Shown here: positions 28,131 to 41,038 of the stretch, one piece after another | Numbering within the stretch: the stretch's first letter is position 1 | Layout of the letters: each line of letters begins with the position of its first letter | Assembly (NCBI RefSeq): GCF_006345805.1 | Contig: NC_043002.1 | Location: 32,798,001 to 32,862,000 of the forward strand | Length of the DNA: 64,000 nt | Source: Octopus sinensis | Taxonomy: Eukaryota | Direction: 5' to 3' | Notes under the pieces: generated by a model | The model's input: only the letters and a program-made list of their open reading frames with translations | Database searches by the model: none | Told to the model about the DNA's origin: nothing | Made by a program: the position numbers and the translations under genes

Positions 28131-29039
28131 CGTTACCATTAAACTTTATGATTTATAGAAACGAACGCTTTGCAAAATGTCATTACGAAAACTATTTCAA
28201 ATTGGGGAGCGTTTTCCTAACTACAGGCTGAAAATGTTGTAGTACTTTAGGTGGAAATTCTTATAGTGCTTTTTAAAACTTATTTTGGGAGATCGTTTAT
28301 GTATTCTAAATATCGCATAAATATTCAGAATTATCCTTCCAAATCCGAATTTTAATTCAAAGAATCACGAATGGTTTTGACTTGTTAATGTATTTCGTAT
28401 ATATTCTGACAGGATGAATATTTTTTCACTTGTGTGTCTGTGTGCGTCTCTGTGTCTGTGTATGCGTGTGAGTGTGTGCGTGCGCAGATTTGTGTCTGCG
28501 TAAGTGCGTGTACATACATACATATATATATAGATTTATACATACATATGTGTGTGTGTGTAATTGACAGAATGCGCTTAGTTGGAAAGTAGACTAACTA
28601 GAACTATTAGTTTCATCAGATGTAAAATAGGCCAGAATACTGAGTCGACCATTTTGTTCTTTAGTTTTACCTGTATGACGACTGGCGGAATATCGCCTGG
28701 AATTGATCAGCAATAGTGAGAGATGATAAAAAGGAAGTAATTTCAACCCAGGTGAGACTGGTCGATTTTATTCCATATATGACCATCAAACCAAGTCAAC
28801 ATTTGTGCCGACGAATCAGAAGATTATGTTCCACTAGCTCTTTTCGCTTGCTATCGTGTTCTAAACATTTGACAGTATATTTAGGTGTACTGAAACGGAA
28901 ATAAATTATTTGACATTTTTAGACCAGCAGGGTACTTTCCCTTTGTTCGTTACCAGTAACCCCGTTCTAAGTACATTTATATTTGTATGCACACACACAC
29001 ACACACACACATACATGTATATACATTCTTTTATTCTTT

Positions 29040-29229
29040 TATTCATTTAACCACGACCATACTGGAGCACTGCTTTGAAGGGTTTTAGTAAAAGAAATCA
29101 ACCCCAGGACTTATTCTTTGTAAGCCTAGTACTTATTCTATCGGACTGTTTTGCCGAACCGCTACCTTACGGGAACATAAACACACCAATATCGGGAGAA
29201 CAAAACACTGACACACACGCACAAATATC

Positions 29230-29230
<1 letters not shown>
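29040..29230 (-). mobile_element. Family-1 SINE 3' half
   Basis: CCCCAGGACTTATTCTTTGTAAGCCTAGTACTTATTCTATCGG...GCCGAACCGCT...AAACACACCA. Confidence 0.75.
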
Positions 29231-29268
<38 letters not shown>

Positions 29269-31149
29269 GTGCGCGCGCGCGCATTTAGAATACTAACTTG
29301 CTTCTTTTGTTTTCTACCGTGCCAGTGAGATACCCCAAATATCTATATATTGCACGCCTTAGAAATGAAAGTCTTGTGTTTCTCAAGTTTAATTGTTAGT
29401 CTATAAAATTACGATTTTTAAATTAGGTACAGAATCGCACGTCTAGATTTGCGACATTGTCAGTTGAATAAGCCATATTGCGTTGCTATTTCATACATTA
29501 TTGATCCCAATGATGAGAAGTGATATCAACACTGACATAATTTGTACTTAGACATGATGACTTATTATAATGAGCTTACTAGAGAACTCTACTCTTTCTG
29601 TCACACCAATGAATTGTGGTACAGTTTATAGTTCATAAATATAAAGTTGAACAAATCTCAGATTGAATAAGGTCTCATGGTTTAAATTCATTGTTGTAAC
29701 TTGGAATTATTCTACAAATTCAAACCAAGTGCTGTAATTTAGCGTTTTATCGTTGAAGAAACCAATTAATTGTATCTTAATCTCCCTTAGCGTATGTCTT
29801 TGTAGATTCTTGCACAAGTAGAAGGCAGAAGTGAATGGAGCCACGAGATGCTGGTGGGTTCTCAAAAGCGTTGAAGAATTTAACTGAACAGAAATTACTT
29901 CAAATAAGGAAGTGACGCATTCTCTGCTTACTGATCTACCACCACAATATATCTGCAGGACCGAAAATAACAACAATTGTTTTCCTTTGTATGCCTATAC
30001 TATTCTATTTACTAGAGACAGAGATCTAGACACCTGATCTTATAACCCCACTCTAGAAAAAATGAAAGGCTGTAATTCTTTTGGACCATCAGATGTGATC
30101 TTAAACTAAACGACAAAACAACATCAAGAACAACAACCAGACTGGAATATAAACATTTTCCAATAGAAATGGTTGAAAAACATAATAACTGTAAATAAAG
30201 GCTAACAAATAAATAATGCGTTTTTTAAAGAAATTTTAATGAAAATTTCGAGTGCATACAAATGATTTAGCAAGCACTATGTTGTTTTAATCCCTGAATG
30301 ATGAGCATGGAAGTATATAGATTGCTAATAACATTATGGTAAGTCTATCTAAAAGTAAAGTGGTCGTAGATTTTAAATGGATCGGGACAGTGAATGAAGA
30401 TCGAAAAGAAATATCTCAGTATAAATGTCTAGACAGTTTCAATCTGACATAGGAATGTTAATCTTTATGACCAGACACGGGACAATCTGAAACACATACA
30501 ACGTGGATGAGTAATTTCATAACACATAAAACTAGGGCCTTGTCAGTGCTCAGGACGCAGCTAGATAACAAAAATTTCGACACCTCATGAAATAAATTAT
30601 ATTTAAAATGAATTTGTCTAGTTAATGCATTATCAAATGACTTTTCCATGACGTAATTGCGACAAATACTTGCATTCTTTTAGTATTTATCCTTGTTATT
30701 GCTGTAGTTATGTAACAAGAAAAACGGATCGATTTCACGTAGGTTGTTGAACGGTCAACAAGATGTGACTCCCATTTATCTATTGTTCTAGATACATCGT
30801 AATCCTCATTTAGCCTACAAACAACACCAACCAGCATGAGAGCCTCTACATAGTAGCTTGGTATGTTAGAATTATTAGCAAAAATTACCCTCAAACCACA
30901 ACCTGACCGTTTGTAAAAAAAGCGAAAATACATCATATAATGTATCCGTAATAGTCATTGAGAAAATAAGTTCATTACTGATGATTACAGTTAGAATGGC
31001 TCTGACAGTTCCTTTGCTCAATGGGTAAATCAAAGAAGAATCCTCAATGTTGTTCAGAATTATAGAAAAAGTAGCAAGAGATCACTCAGATTAAACATCA
31101 CCGTCTTAAATAAAGACACCTTGAACAATATAATCCCTGATATAAAAAA

Positions 31150-31633
31150 TATTGGGTTGTCCGGAAAGTTCGTGCCGATTTATAGTAACTTACCATTCGA
31201 CTTATTTTACAATATGGTTGAGTCCATAAAATAGGATTTGACTACACCTCCATTTAGAGCACAGTTTAAGCTATCTTTTCGTGGAAGAAGGTTTATGTTC
31301 CTATAACCTGTGTTAATTCTGTAACCCTTTAAAATGGAAGATAAGAAAATTCATTTTCGGCATTTGATGCTTTGGGAACCAGACGAAAATTGCTGCAACT
31401 CGGCTGGGATGTGTTACTCCTACCTCCATGACGTAAAAAGATACCTTGATGAATTTTTTGTCATGAAACCCCCTCAATTCTGGGAAGAGGGCATTTTCAA
31501 GTTAAAGGAAAGATGGAGATGCATTGTGTAACAAAATGGTTCATATTTGGTTGATTAAAAATGTAATGGCAAGTATTTATTGACCTTTTTCTTTCCTTTA
31601 AAAATCGGCACGAGCTTTCCAGACAACCTAATA
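31150..31633 (+). mobile_element. Internally deleted mariner element with TA TSD
   Basis: TA|TTGGGTTGTCCGGAAAGTTCGTGCCGATTT ... AAAATCGGCACGAGCTTTCCAGACAACCTAA|TA. Residual N-terminus MEDKKIHFRHLMLW fused to C-terminus KPPQFWEEGIFKLKERWRCIV. Confidence 0.9.
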
Positions 31634-34201
31634 GAAACCTAGAGTGGCTTCTCCATCACGGATGACTTGGGGCTAAACAACAAGAACAATGACGACACCG
31701 ACATGCAATGATTAATGATATGACATACAGCCTAGACAGGCTGGAATGTCTCAGCCCAGAGTTGTTGATTGTACGGGATCCGTACAGCTCTACTGCACCC
31801 ATACGATAAATTTAAAGACTAACAATGAGGTGGCATATGCGTATTTGTTTCAACTCACCAATTAAATGTCAAGGAAAGACAAATTTTAATTTATGTTAGA
31901 GGGGACAAACAGATTATTTCGAGTTTCCTTCAATATACATTAATTTGAATATTGTAGGTTGCCAAGATTTCATGGTTTCCTATTCTCATAAGAGTCGTAG
32001 AACTCTCATGTCAATTAAATTACTGAGTTTTCAAATTAGGAGTAGAATAGATTTCCTTTAAAAATTTGGGAAGGTTTGTGAAAGACTATTGTTTGAAAAT
32101 ACATTAAAAACTCATCGCTTTTATTAATGAGTTGGTATGAACGTAAGCGACCCGACTAAGCGCCGAAGTAATAGGATTGTTAGAGCGTCGATTAAAATAC
32201 TTTGCATTCCAATTCTTTAGTTTCAAGTCCGGTCAAGTTCACCTTTGCCTCTAATCGTTTTGTGGTCGATAAACAAGCACGAAGTCATGCTATAGATTAG
32301 TGGAAATGTAAGAACGTCGGACCTGCTCACAGTAATCCGAGTTCAAATCCTGGTGAAGTCAAGCTTGCTTTTCATCTTTATGGGGTCGATTAGCAAAGTC
32401 CCAGTACTGGGATATTTTTCTGGCCTTTTGCATTCTGAATTCAAATCCCGTCATAGACTACATAAACTACACTCCACCCCCACCATACCGGTTTATCACC
32501 ACCTCCTTGTACTGTGGGTGGTTTTAATGAAGCCTTCTCTATTGCAAGCATACTAGCCAAGGTTCCAGTTTTTTCCTCCTTGTCGCCCGTTTGCCACTGA
32601 ACCCAGTAAAGAGTCATGTGCACCCACATCTATCTTGATTAACATATAAATAATGCCAACTACGCTTGTAGTTGAACTCCAGTCGGAATCAAATTAGGCT
32701 TTTTTTTCTTTTTGGCATAAAAATAAAGTTAATTTCAATCTACTGCATCCTCTTCCTTACCAAGTTTCCTAGTTTTTACAACATAAAATTTTTTTTCCAA
32801 ATTTGCCTTTACTGCGCATACCGAAAGCATCATTATCATAATCTTTTTTATCTTTTGTATATTTGAGTTAATAAAAAAAAACATAAACCAAATATCTATA
32901 AATTTTCTGTTGGAGTGAATTATTTCGCTCAATATTGCAATATTAAGGATATTAGTTAATTCATCCTCAAGAAAATAGAAATTATCGGAGTAATGGAACG
33001 ATATTTTGTAATGATGGTTAGGTTAAGATGTTAATGAAAGGATGTCAAAGTTCAAATGGTAGAAGCATTAATCAGAAATGTCGGTGGATTTACCAATAAA
33101 AGCATGAATAGGTCAACTACTTTGCCTTCTTACAGAGTATGTAAGGTAATTCAAATCGGGAACATCTCCCTTTAAGCTATAGCCAAAAGAATGACGAAGG
33201 TGAGTATTATACATACAGTACTTCTGAACGAAACACATATAGTTAAATGTGGTTAATACACATAAAGTTGTGAGTAAAAATAATACCTTTAAAAAATTAA
33301 AACTATACTCGTAATGTGGAAGCAAAATAATTTGCTTTAATAATTTACTTTGATTAAGAAAGACAAGGGATTCAAATTCAAATTAATAAATGTAATGGAG
33401 AGAGGGTTTAGACTTTCGTAATAACTATGATATCGCCGGGTATGTTTCCGTCTTATTGTACCTCCTCAGCTAAGAATAGTCTCACCAGTGTTTGCTACAC
33501 TGGTATGCTCAGTTCAGAATTGTCTTCTTTCCCTTTTTCAACAAAAATTAATCATTAAAACTAATAATTGTCTTCTCTTCACTACGAGTAAATTTTTTAT
33601 AAAATTTTAGACGGCATGGACTTCATTATATGCTCCACTAACTCTCTCAAAAAGTGTTGAGTCCAACAGTGAAAGCAATAGAAACATTACAAGCATCGGC
33701 AAATATTGGCAAACTGTTATCAGAAAGAACTCGTTTATCTTCATGTTGAAGGCAACAGTATAATGATTGATGATAATGGTAGAGTAATATATTCAAGGCG
33801 GTGGATTGATCAACACATCAGTGTGTTGGATTGAAAGCCCTGTAGATTTGTCCGACTTTCTATGCGGAGATCAAATTTTAACGACGTGGACACTACTTTT
33901 CAATTTTTCGGCATCAATAATGTATAAGTCAAGTGGAAGGTCGAATCTGTCTGTTTGTCTATCCCCCTCCTCTCTCACTCTTTCCCTCTCTCTCACTCTC
34001 TCCTTCTCTTTGGTTTGAATTGATTGTTGCCAAACCTAGAGAGGCCAGGGCTCCTCCATGCTAAGATACTCAACACAAAACATGCCGTATGTCACGACGT
34101 TGCTCTGAAGACTATTAGAAGTTGAGTCCCAACGCCAAACAATTTTATATATAGACACACATGTTTATATTTCCACATACACACGCGCGCACACACACAC
34201 G

Positions 34202-34271
<70 letters not shown>

Positions 34272-34334
34272 GAGAGAGAGAGATGAATAAATAAATAAAT
34301 GGAGTTAAACGGAGAGGTTAACAAAATTCCTTTA

Positions 34335-34416
34335 CTTTCGACATATGTTTCGAAGACAGCGTGGTTTTATTCCAAAGGAATAAACGGTGTAAGATGCAAT
34401 CTTCTCCTCAAGAAAG
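34335..34416 (-). ncRNA. Type I hammerhead ribozyme motif (C3U variant) in a ~200-bp element
   Basis: Minus strand: CTTTC-TTGAGGA-GAAGA[43-nt insert with TTATTCC/GGAATAA hairpin]TCTTC-GAAA-CATATG-TC-GAAAG. Stems I and II are 5 bp, stem III is the palindrome ACATATGT, cleavage triplet GUC. Confidence 0.75.
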
Positions 34417-34485
34417 AAAGAGAGCCTCTCTCAACAACACGTGAATTTTCCATGTTAACGGTAAACATAGGATAATTCATTCACC

Positions 34486-34562
<77 letters not shown>

Positions 34563-34563
<1 letters not shown>

Positions 34564-34780
34564 CATGAGAGGGTGCTGAATAGTTCCTGGCGTTGGGTAA
34601 AAGAAAATACAGAAGGATCTGTTAATTGTGATTTTATTCAACATATTCCCCTCTCAGGTTCACACACTTATTGCAGTTGTCTTTTCAGCTTTTCTAATCT
34701 CTGTAAAAGAACTCAGAAAGTTGAGTCTCCAACCAAGCCTTTCGTGATACCCTTAAACCCCAAAAATGTTCAGCCCCTTG
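34563..34780. mobile_element. Mariner-type terminal fragment
   Basis: TACATGAGAGGGTGCTGAATAGTTCCTGGC resembles a mariner TIR; no partner TIR found. Confidence 0.5.
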
Positions 34781-35228
34781 TTAATATATATATAAACTAA
34801 GGTTATATAACTTAACATGAGAGTAACAAATATAAGTTTCCTTTCCTAGAAGAAATGGCAAGCCTGATCGAAACTTTAATGCTATTTCAAATACTATTTA
34901 AATCTGCATCATCTTCTTGCGCCATTTTCTCTATTAGAGAAATATGAATGGCATACTCAGTTTATTTCTCCGATTTTTAACTATCACAACATGCTATTTT
35001 GTTCCCCTAAAGCTATTGAAATTCATACTTATTTTTAATGGTAAGCTGTTTCGAATGAAAAAGGGTAATAAAATCCTCTGGAATAATGAAGTCTTAATAA
35101 ACTACCCTACGTCCCAGAATCACCAAATGACTACTTTAAAAACCACAGTGCTAATTTATGATGGTGCAGAAGATAAGTGTTACTGCAGTCATTAAATACT
35201 GTCATTAAGCCTAATGGATCATTTAAAG

Positions 35229-35480
35229 CAGACGATTCTCAACCATTTTTATCTATGAACCCCTTTGATTACTATTTTATTCTGGTGGACCGCCATAGCC
35301 ATTCGATGTTTACAAACTAATTTTCAAAATTCCTGCTTTGTTTTTCACTTATGATCTTGTGTCAAACATTAACAAACATTTTCCAAGGGTTCTTTGAAAT
35401 TACAATTGCGATTCCTCAATTTACTAGTTTGTTGCGTGGGCATCCCAAAATCTTATATGGTCTCTAGTTAAGGACCACTG
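35229..35480. mobile_element. hAT MITE with perfect 8-bp TSD
   Basis: ATTTAAAG|CAGACGATTCTCAACC ... GTTAAGGACCACTG|ATTTAAAG (TSD 35221-35228 and 35481-35488). Confidence 0.85.
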
Positions 35481-35589
35481 ATTTAAAGTATGTTAACCAA
35501 ATTTAGAAATAATAAAAACGTTGCTTTGTGCTAGGCTGCTTTAAGACAAACAGCTTCGACTTGAGATATAGTGGATGAAGAAAGATTTC

Positions 35590-36135
35590 TTTCGCCTGCA
35601 AAAACAGAAATATTTATTTCTTTATTACCCACATGGGGACTAAACATAGAGGAGACAAACAAGGACAGACAAACGGATTACGTCGACTACATCAACTCCA
35701 GTGCGTAACTAGTATTTATTTAATCAACCCCGAAAGGATAAAAGGTAAAGTCGACCTTGGCGGAATTTGAACTCAGAACGTAAAGGCAGATGAAATACTG
35801 CTAAGAATTTCGCCCGTCGTGCAAACGATTCTTATTTCTTTATTTCCCACAAGGGGCTAAACATAAGGGGGACAAACAAGGACAGACAAATGGATTAAGT
35901 CGATTATATCGACCCCAGTACCTAACTGGTACTTATTTAATCGACCCCGAAAGGATGAAAGGCAAAGTCAACCTCGGTGGAATTTGAACTCAGAACGTAG
36001 CAGCAGACGAAATACTACGAAGCTTTTCGCCCGGCGTGCTAACGTTTCTGCCAGCTCGCCACCTGTTTTTTTTTATTTTATTTAAATGCTACTAAGCATG
36101 TTGCCCAATTTGCTAACGTTTCCGCCACCTCGCCA
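35590..36135 (-). mobile_element. Family-2 SINE cluster (tandem bodies, doubled head)
   Basis: Reverse-complement copies of the family-2 unit (GAAAGGATGAAAGGCAAAGTC...GGAATTTGAACTCAGAACG). Confidence 0.85.
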
Positions 36136-36272
36136 CCCCAAGAACAGAAATATTGAGGCTATTTTTCACAAGATGATGTGAAGAAAATCAGAGGAATCAT
36201 GAGATACCGACAATTAACAGAAATTAATGCAATTATAATTTTCGGATGAATCCTCTGACCTTTACAGAGGAA

Positions 36273-36506
36273 AATCTTTTACTTGTTTCAGTCATTAGAT
36301 TGCGACTATGCTGGGGCACCGCCTTGAAAAATTTTTAGTTGAATGAATGACCTCAGTACTTTTTTAAAGCTTGGTACTTATTCTATTGGTCTCTTTTGCC
36401 GAACCGCTAAATTATGGGTTGTCATAAATACACCAACATCGATTGTCAAACAAACACAAGTACACACACGCATACACATACATACATACATACATACATA
36501 CATACA

Positions 36507-36542
<36 letters not shown>

Positions 36543-36676
36543 TATATATGTATATATATTATATATATATATATGTATATATATGTATATATATATATAT
36601 GTATATATATATGTATAATATATATATGTATATATATAATATATATATATATATATAATATATATATGTATATATA

Positions 36677-36708
<32 letters not shown>

Positions 36709-36734
36709 GTATATATATATGTATATATATATAT

Positions 36735-36777
<43 letters not shown>

Positions 36778-36935
36778 ATATACGACGGGCTTCGTTCAGT
36801 TTCTATCCACCAAATCCACTCAAAAGGCGGCCCGAGACTATAGAAGAAGATACTTGCCCAGTGTATCACACAGTGCGTCTGAACCCAGAACAAAGAGGTT
36901 GGGAAGCAAACTTCTTACCGCATAGCTACGCCTGC
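36273..36935 (-). mobile_element. Full-length family-1 SINE with internal microsatellite
   Basis: 3' tail (TTGTTTCAGTCATTAGATTGCGACTATGCTGGGGCACCGCC), body, (TACA)/(TA)n, and 5' tRNA-like half. Confidence 0.8.
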
Positions 36936-38086
36936 ACTTCTTTCTTCTTTTTTTTTCTTTTAATCTACATTTACACTGCATTTCAATCAGTTGTTCTCCA
37001 ACCGTCATAAGGATTTTTATTCGGTCCTGGCCATGTAAATAACACCAGACAGAATTCGAATTGGTTAAGAACATTAGTCCTTTTGTTTTAAAAATAAAGG
37101 TTGTTAATTCGAGTCCAACTGGGTAAGAATGTAATAGTGAAAACTAAGATATCTGTTACAGTCACAGATTAACTATGTAAAACGTAGTGTAGATGTAAAT
37201 ATTTAAAATAAATGTAAAATGATGCGTATTAAAAATCCACTTTGCATCTTTTCGGTTTGAACGGCAGTTTTTAACATAATTTCTAGGTAACTAAAAAATT
37301 TTTAACTTCGTATACTGGTAGAATGGTGTTTATAAAACAACTTTTTCTCTTAGCTTTATTGAGAAAATTCTATAGTTTGTAAGATATTCGTTGTTTTTTT
37401 TCTTCAATTTCTGCAATTTCAACCAATCAAATACGTCTATTGAGGTTAAAAAAAACATTCTGTGCCGTATGAATATGCCCCTCATTTAAGAAACAGACTG
37501 GGTTTATTTACATTTGTGAAGAAAAAAGGATACCCTTCCCCCCAGCCCTAACCCTAAAACAGATTGAAATGCAATGGATCGATACTAAGGTCATAATTAT
37601 CCCCCACTTTTTTTCCGTCGAAGGCTTATATTCCCCAATAGTGAACTATTTTTTTTTTTAGCCAATACATGGCAATCTCTTACGTGCTTTCAGCTTATAA
37701 TTATTATTATTGTTTACAGAATTGTTACACGTCACCGCTTCTCCATTAAACACATATAAAATAAATGTTTCATCTAGTAAATAGTTTGAAAAATTATAAT
37801 GTATTTTAAATATTTCAGATATATTTTTAAAGATTTAATCAACAGAACTGCTTTGCACAGATGACTGAACATTAAATTCGAGCTTGCTTGGAGGATTACA
37901 CACACACACACGCACGTACAAACTATGTAGTCGGGTTTGTCTGTCACTTGCAACGCCTTATCAACTTTGACATTATAGCCACACCAACAGCAGCGACGGT
38001 TGTGTAGTAGTACCATTAACTCTTTTAAAGTAGTAGTAGCATTATTATCATTGTTGTTTTTGTTGTTATTATTATTATTACAAAGC

Positions 38087-38450
38087 CGGCGAGCTGGCAC
38101 AATCGTTTCCACGCTGGACGAAATGCTTGGCGGTATTTCGTCTGCCGCTACGTTCTGAGTTCAAATTCCGCCGAGGTCGACTTTGCCTCTCATCCTTTCG
38201 GGGTCGATTAAATAAGTACCAGTTACGCACTGGGGTCGATATAATCGACTTAATCCGTTTGCCTGTCCTTGTTTGTCCTCTCTGTGTTTAGCCTCTTGTG
38301 GGTAGTAAAGAAATAGGTATTTCGTCAGTCGCAACGTTCTGAGTTTCAATTCCGCCGAGGTCGACTTTGCCTTTCATTCTTTTGGTGCCGATAAAATATG
38401 TACGAGTTGAACACTGGAGTCAATGTAATTGGCTAGCCTCCACCTCCAAA
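38087..38450 (+). mobile_element. Family-2 SINE (1.5-2 units)
   Basis: GGCGAGCTGGCACAATCG head and body, with a partial repeat from ~38316. Confidence 0.85.
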
Positions 38451-39552
38451 TATTGCCATTATTTGTAGTAGTAGTCGGCCAAATCCATCGTAAATATTGC
38501 CCCACCACTCACCTTTAACAAGGCGGGGTAAGCGGTGTTCCTTTGTCTAGCGGCTATGGCAAAATATATTGTATGGTGGACGAGGATGAAGGGTCTGAGG
38601 AAGGGCGCCTTACTCTCATCGACTTTCTTAAGTTCCAAATTGGAAGGAAAGTGAGGGTGGAGAGAGTAGTGCTACTTCCCAGTGAATCATTGACCTGGCA
38701 AAAAGGGTTAGAGTGAATGGCACGTTTGGTGATCAAGGTAATCCCGGACTTGTGAGATTCTTGATTGGCCATTGTCAAAGTTTCTTTTGCATCAGGTGGA
38801 CTGCATCATTCATGTGATCACACACTTTGTATAGCATGTATGCTTTTATCGTTTTCACTGTATTTTCCATTTCTTTCTCTCTCATCCTTTATGCAAATCC
38901 CTGCACAAATTGTCTGTCCATGTGATGTCTCCATCTATTACTCTGACGCTAAAAAATGAACTCATCATCATCCTTTTATCCTATTTCCGCCTGAGTTATC
39001 TATGTCACGTCCCAGCACCATACCGCAGCCTAGAGGGAGTACTTCCCATGAAGTTTCGTATTTGCTGGTTTTGATGCAAGAATTGTACTATTGCTTTCAA
39101 CATCACCATCATCATCGTCGTCGTTGTCGTCGTCGTTGTCGTCGTCATCATTGTTGGTGTTGTTATTGTTGTTGTTGGTGGTGAGCTGAGAGAATTATTA
39201 TCGCACTGGAAAAAAATGCTTAGCAGCATTTCACTCGTCTTTACGTTTTAAGTTCAAATTCCGCCGAGATCGACTTTAACTTTCCTCCTTTCGGGGTCGC
39301 TAAAATAAATACCAGTGGTCGATGCAATCGACTTATCCTTTCCCTCTAAATTGCTGCCCTTGTGGCAAAATTTCAAAGTATTATCATTATTATTATTATT
39401 ATTATTATTACTATTACTACTACTAGTATTATTATCATTATTATGATGATGATGATGATTATCGTTATTATCATTATTATTTGGGGTCGATGTGATCGAC
39501 TATCCCCCTCCCAACAAATTTCAGGCTATGTGCCCATAATAGAAAGGATTAA

Positions 39553-39596
<44 letters not shown>

Positions 39597-40273
39597 GAGT
39601 GAGAGAGCAGTTCATGCCATCAAAGTGACACTGGGGTAAAATATACGAAGCCCAATATACCCATCATGACTACCCGTCTGATAAAGGTACACCAGGCACA
39701 TGCATCACAACCATATGTGCGCGGCATGGTGATCTCATATCAAGATAAACTGAACATGACCTTGCAGGTGGGGCCCAGTTAGAATTTTCTTCAGGTTGAG
39801 TAGCCCATCCCGCTCAAACGGTCCCTGAATAAGGGTTGTTTAAGGATGTTGAAAAACCCACCCATGTCTCCAGAGGTGAATTATTCAAACCCCAAAGAAT
39901 CCCTCTCAACACATGGTTATGATGCTCCCCCACTACTTCTGCTCGTGATCAGAGATGCACATATCGTCAGCCACTAAGGGACATGCTCACTGGTTAAGGT
40001 CAAACAACTGACAAGCAAATCTGTGGTTTTGAGCAGAATATTTGCTGTAGCCCATCTTTTATACCAAGACAAAACAATGTACATGATAACACTTCCAATC
40101 AGTTAAGATCAGAAGCCATGAGAGCCACTGCCTGGTACTGCATCAGGGCATGTTGAGCAGAATATTTGCTGTAGCCCATCTTTTATACCAAGACAAAACA
40201 ATGTACATGATAACACTTCCAATCAGTTAAGATCAGAAGCCATGAGAGCCACTGCCTGGTACTGCATCAGGGC

Positions 40274-40355
<82 letters not shown>

Positions 40356-41038
40356 GAGTGAGAGAGCAGTTCATGCCATCAAAGTGACACTGGGGTAAAA
40401 TATACGAAGCCCAATATACCCATCATGACTACCCGTCTGATAAAGGTACACCAGGCACATGCATCACAACCATATGTGCGCGGCATGGTGATCTCATATC
40501 AAGATAAACTGCACATGACCTTGCAGGTGGGGCCCAGTTAGAATTTTCTTCAGGTTGAGTAGCCCATCCCGCTCAAACGGTCCCTGAATAAGGGTTGTTT
40601 AAGGATGTTGAAAAACCCACCCATGTCTCCAGAGGTGAATTATTCAAACCCCAAAGAATCCCTCTCAACACATGGTTATGATGCTCCCCCACTACTTCTG
40701 CTCGTGATCAGAGATGCACATATCGTCAGCCACTAAGGGACATGCTCAACTGGTTAAGGTCAAACAACTGACAAGCAAATCTGTGGTTTTGAGCAGAATA
40801 TTTGCTGTAGCCCATCTTTTATACCAAGACAAAACAATGTACATGATAACACTTCCAATCAGTTAAGATCAGAAGCCATGAGAGCCACTGCCTGGTACTG
40901 CATCAGGGCATGGTTTTGAGCAGAATATTTGCTGTAGCCCATCTTTTATACCAAGACAAAACAATGTACATGATAACACTTCCAATCAGTTAAGATCAGA
41001 AGCCATGAGAGCCACTGCCTGGTACTGCATCAGGGCAT
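39597..41038 (-). mobile_element. Two tandem copies (~759-bp period) of a non-coding interspersed element in (TTA)n, each with an internal ~123-127-bp tandem duplication
   Basis: GAGTGAGAGAGCAG starts at 39597 and 40356. The segment TTGAGCAG...CAGGGCAT is repeated at 40029-40151/40153-40275 and 40785-40911/40912-41038. Confidence 0.85.

Noticed and set aside
33440-33475. CTGAGGA...GAAA spacing on the minus strand
   Set aside because: Stem II closes with a G-G mismatch, and there is no palindromic stem III, UH site or stem I partner; at best a heavily decayed relic.
40900-41038. Possible HDV-like ribozyme at the GCCCTGATGCAG end of the (AAT)n-embedded element
   Set aside because: Could not find the P1 complement or the nested double pseudoknot by eye.
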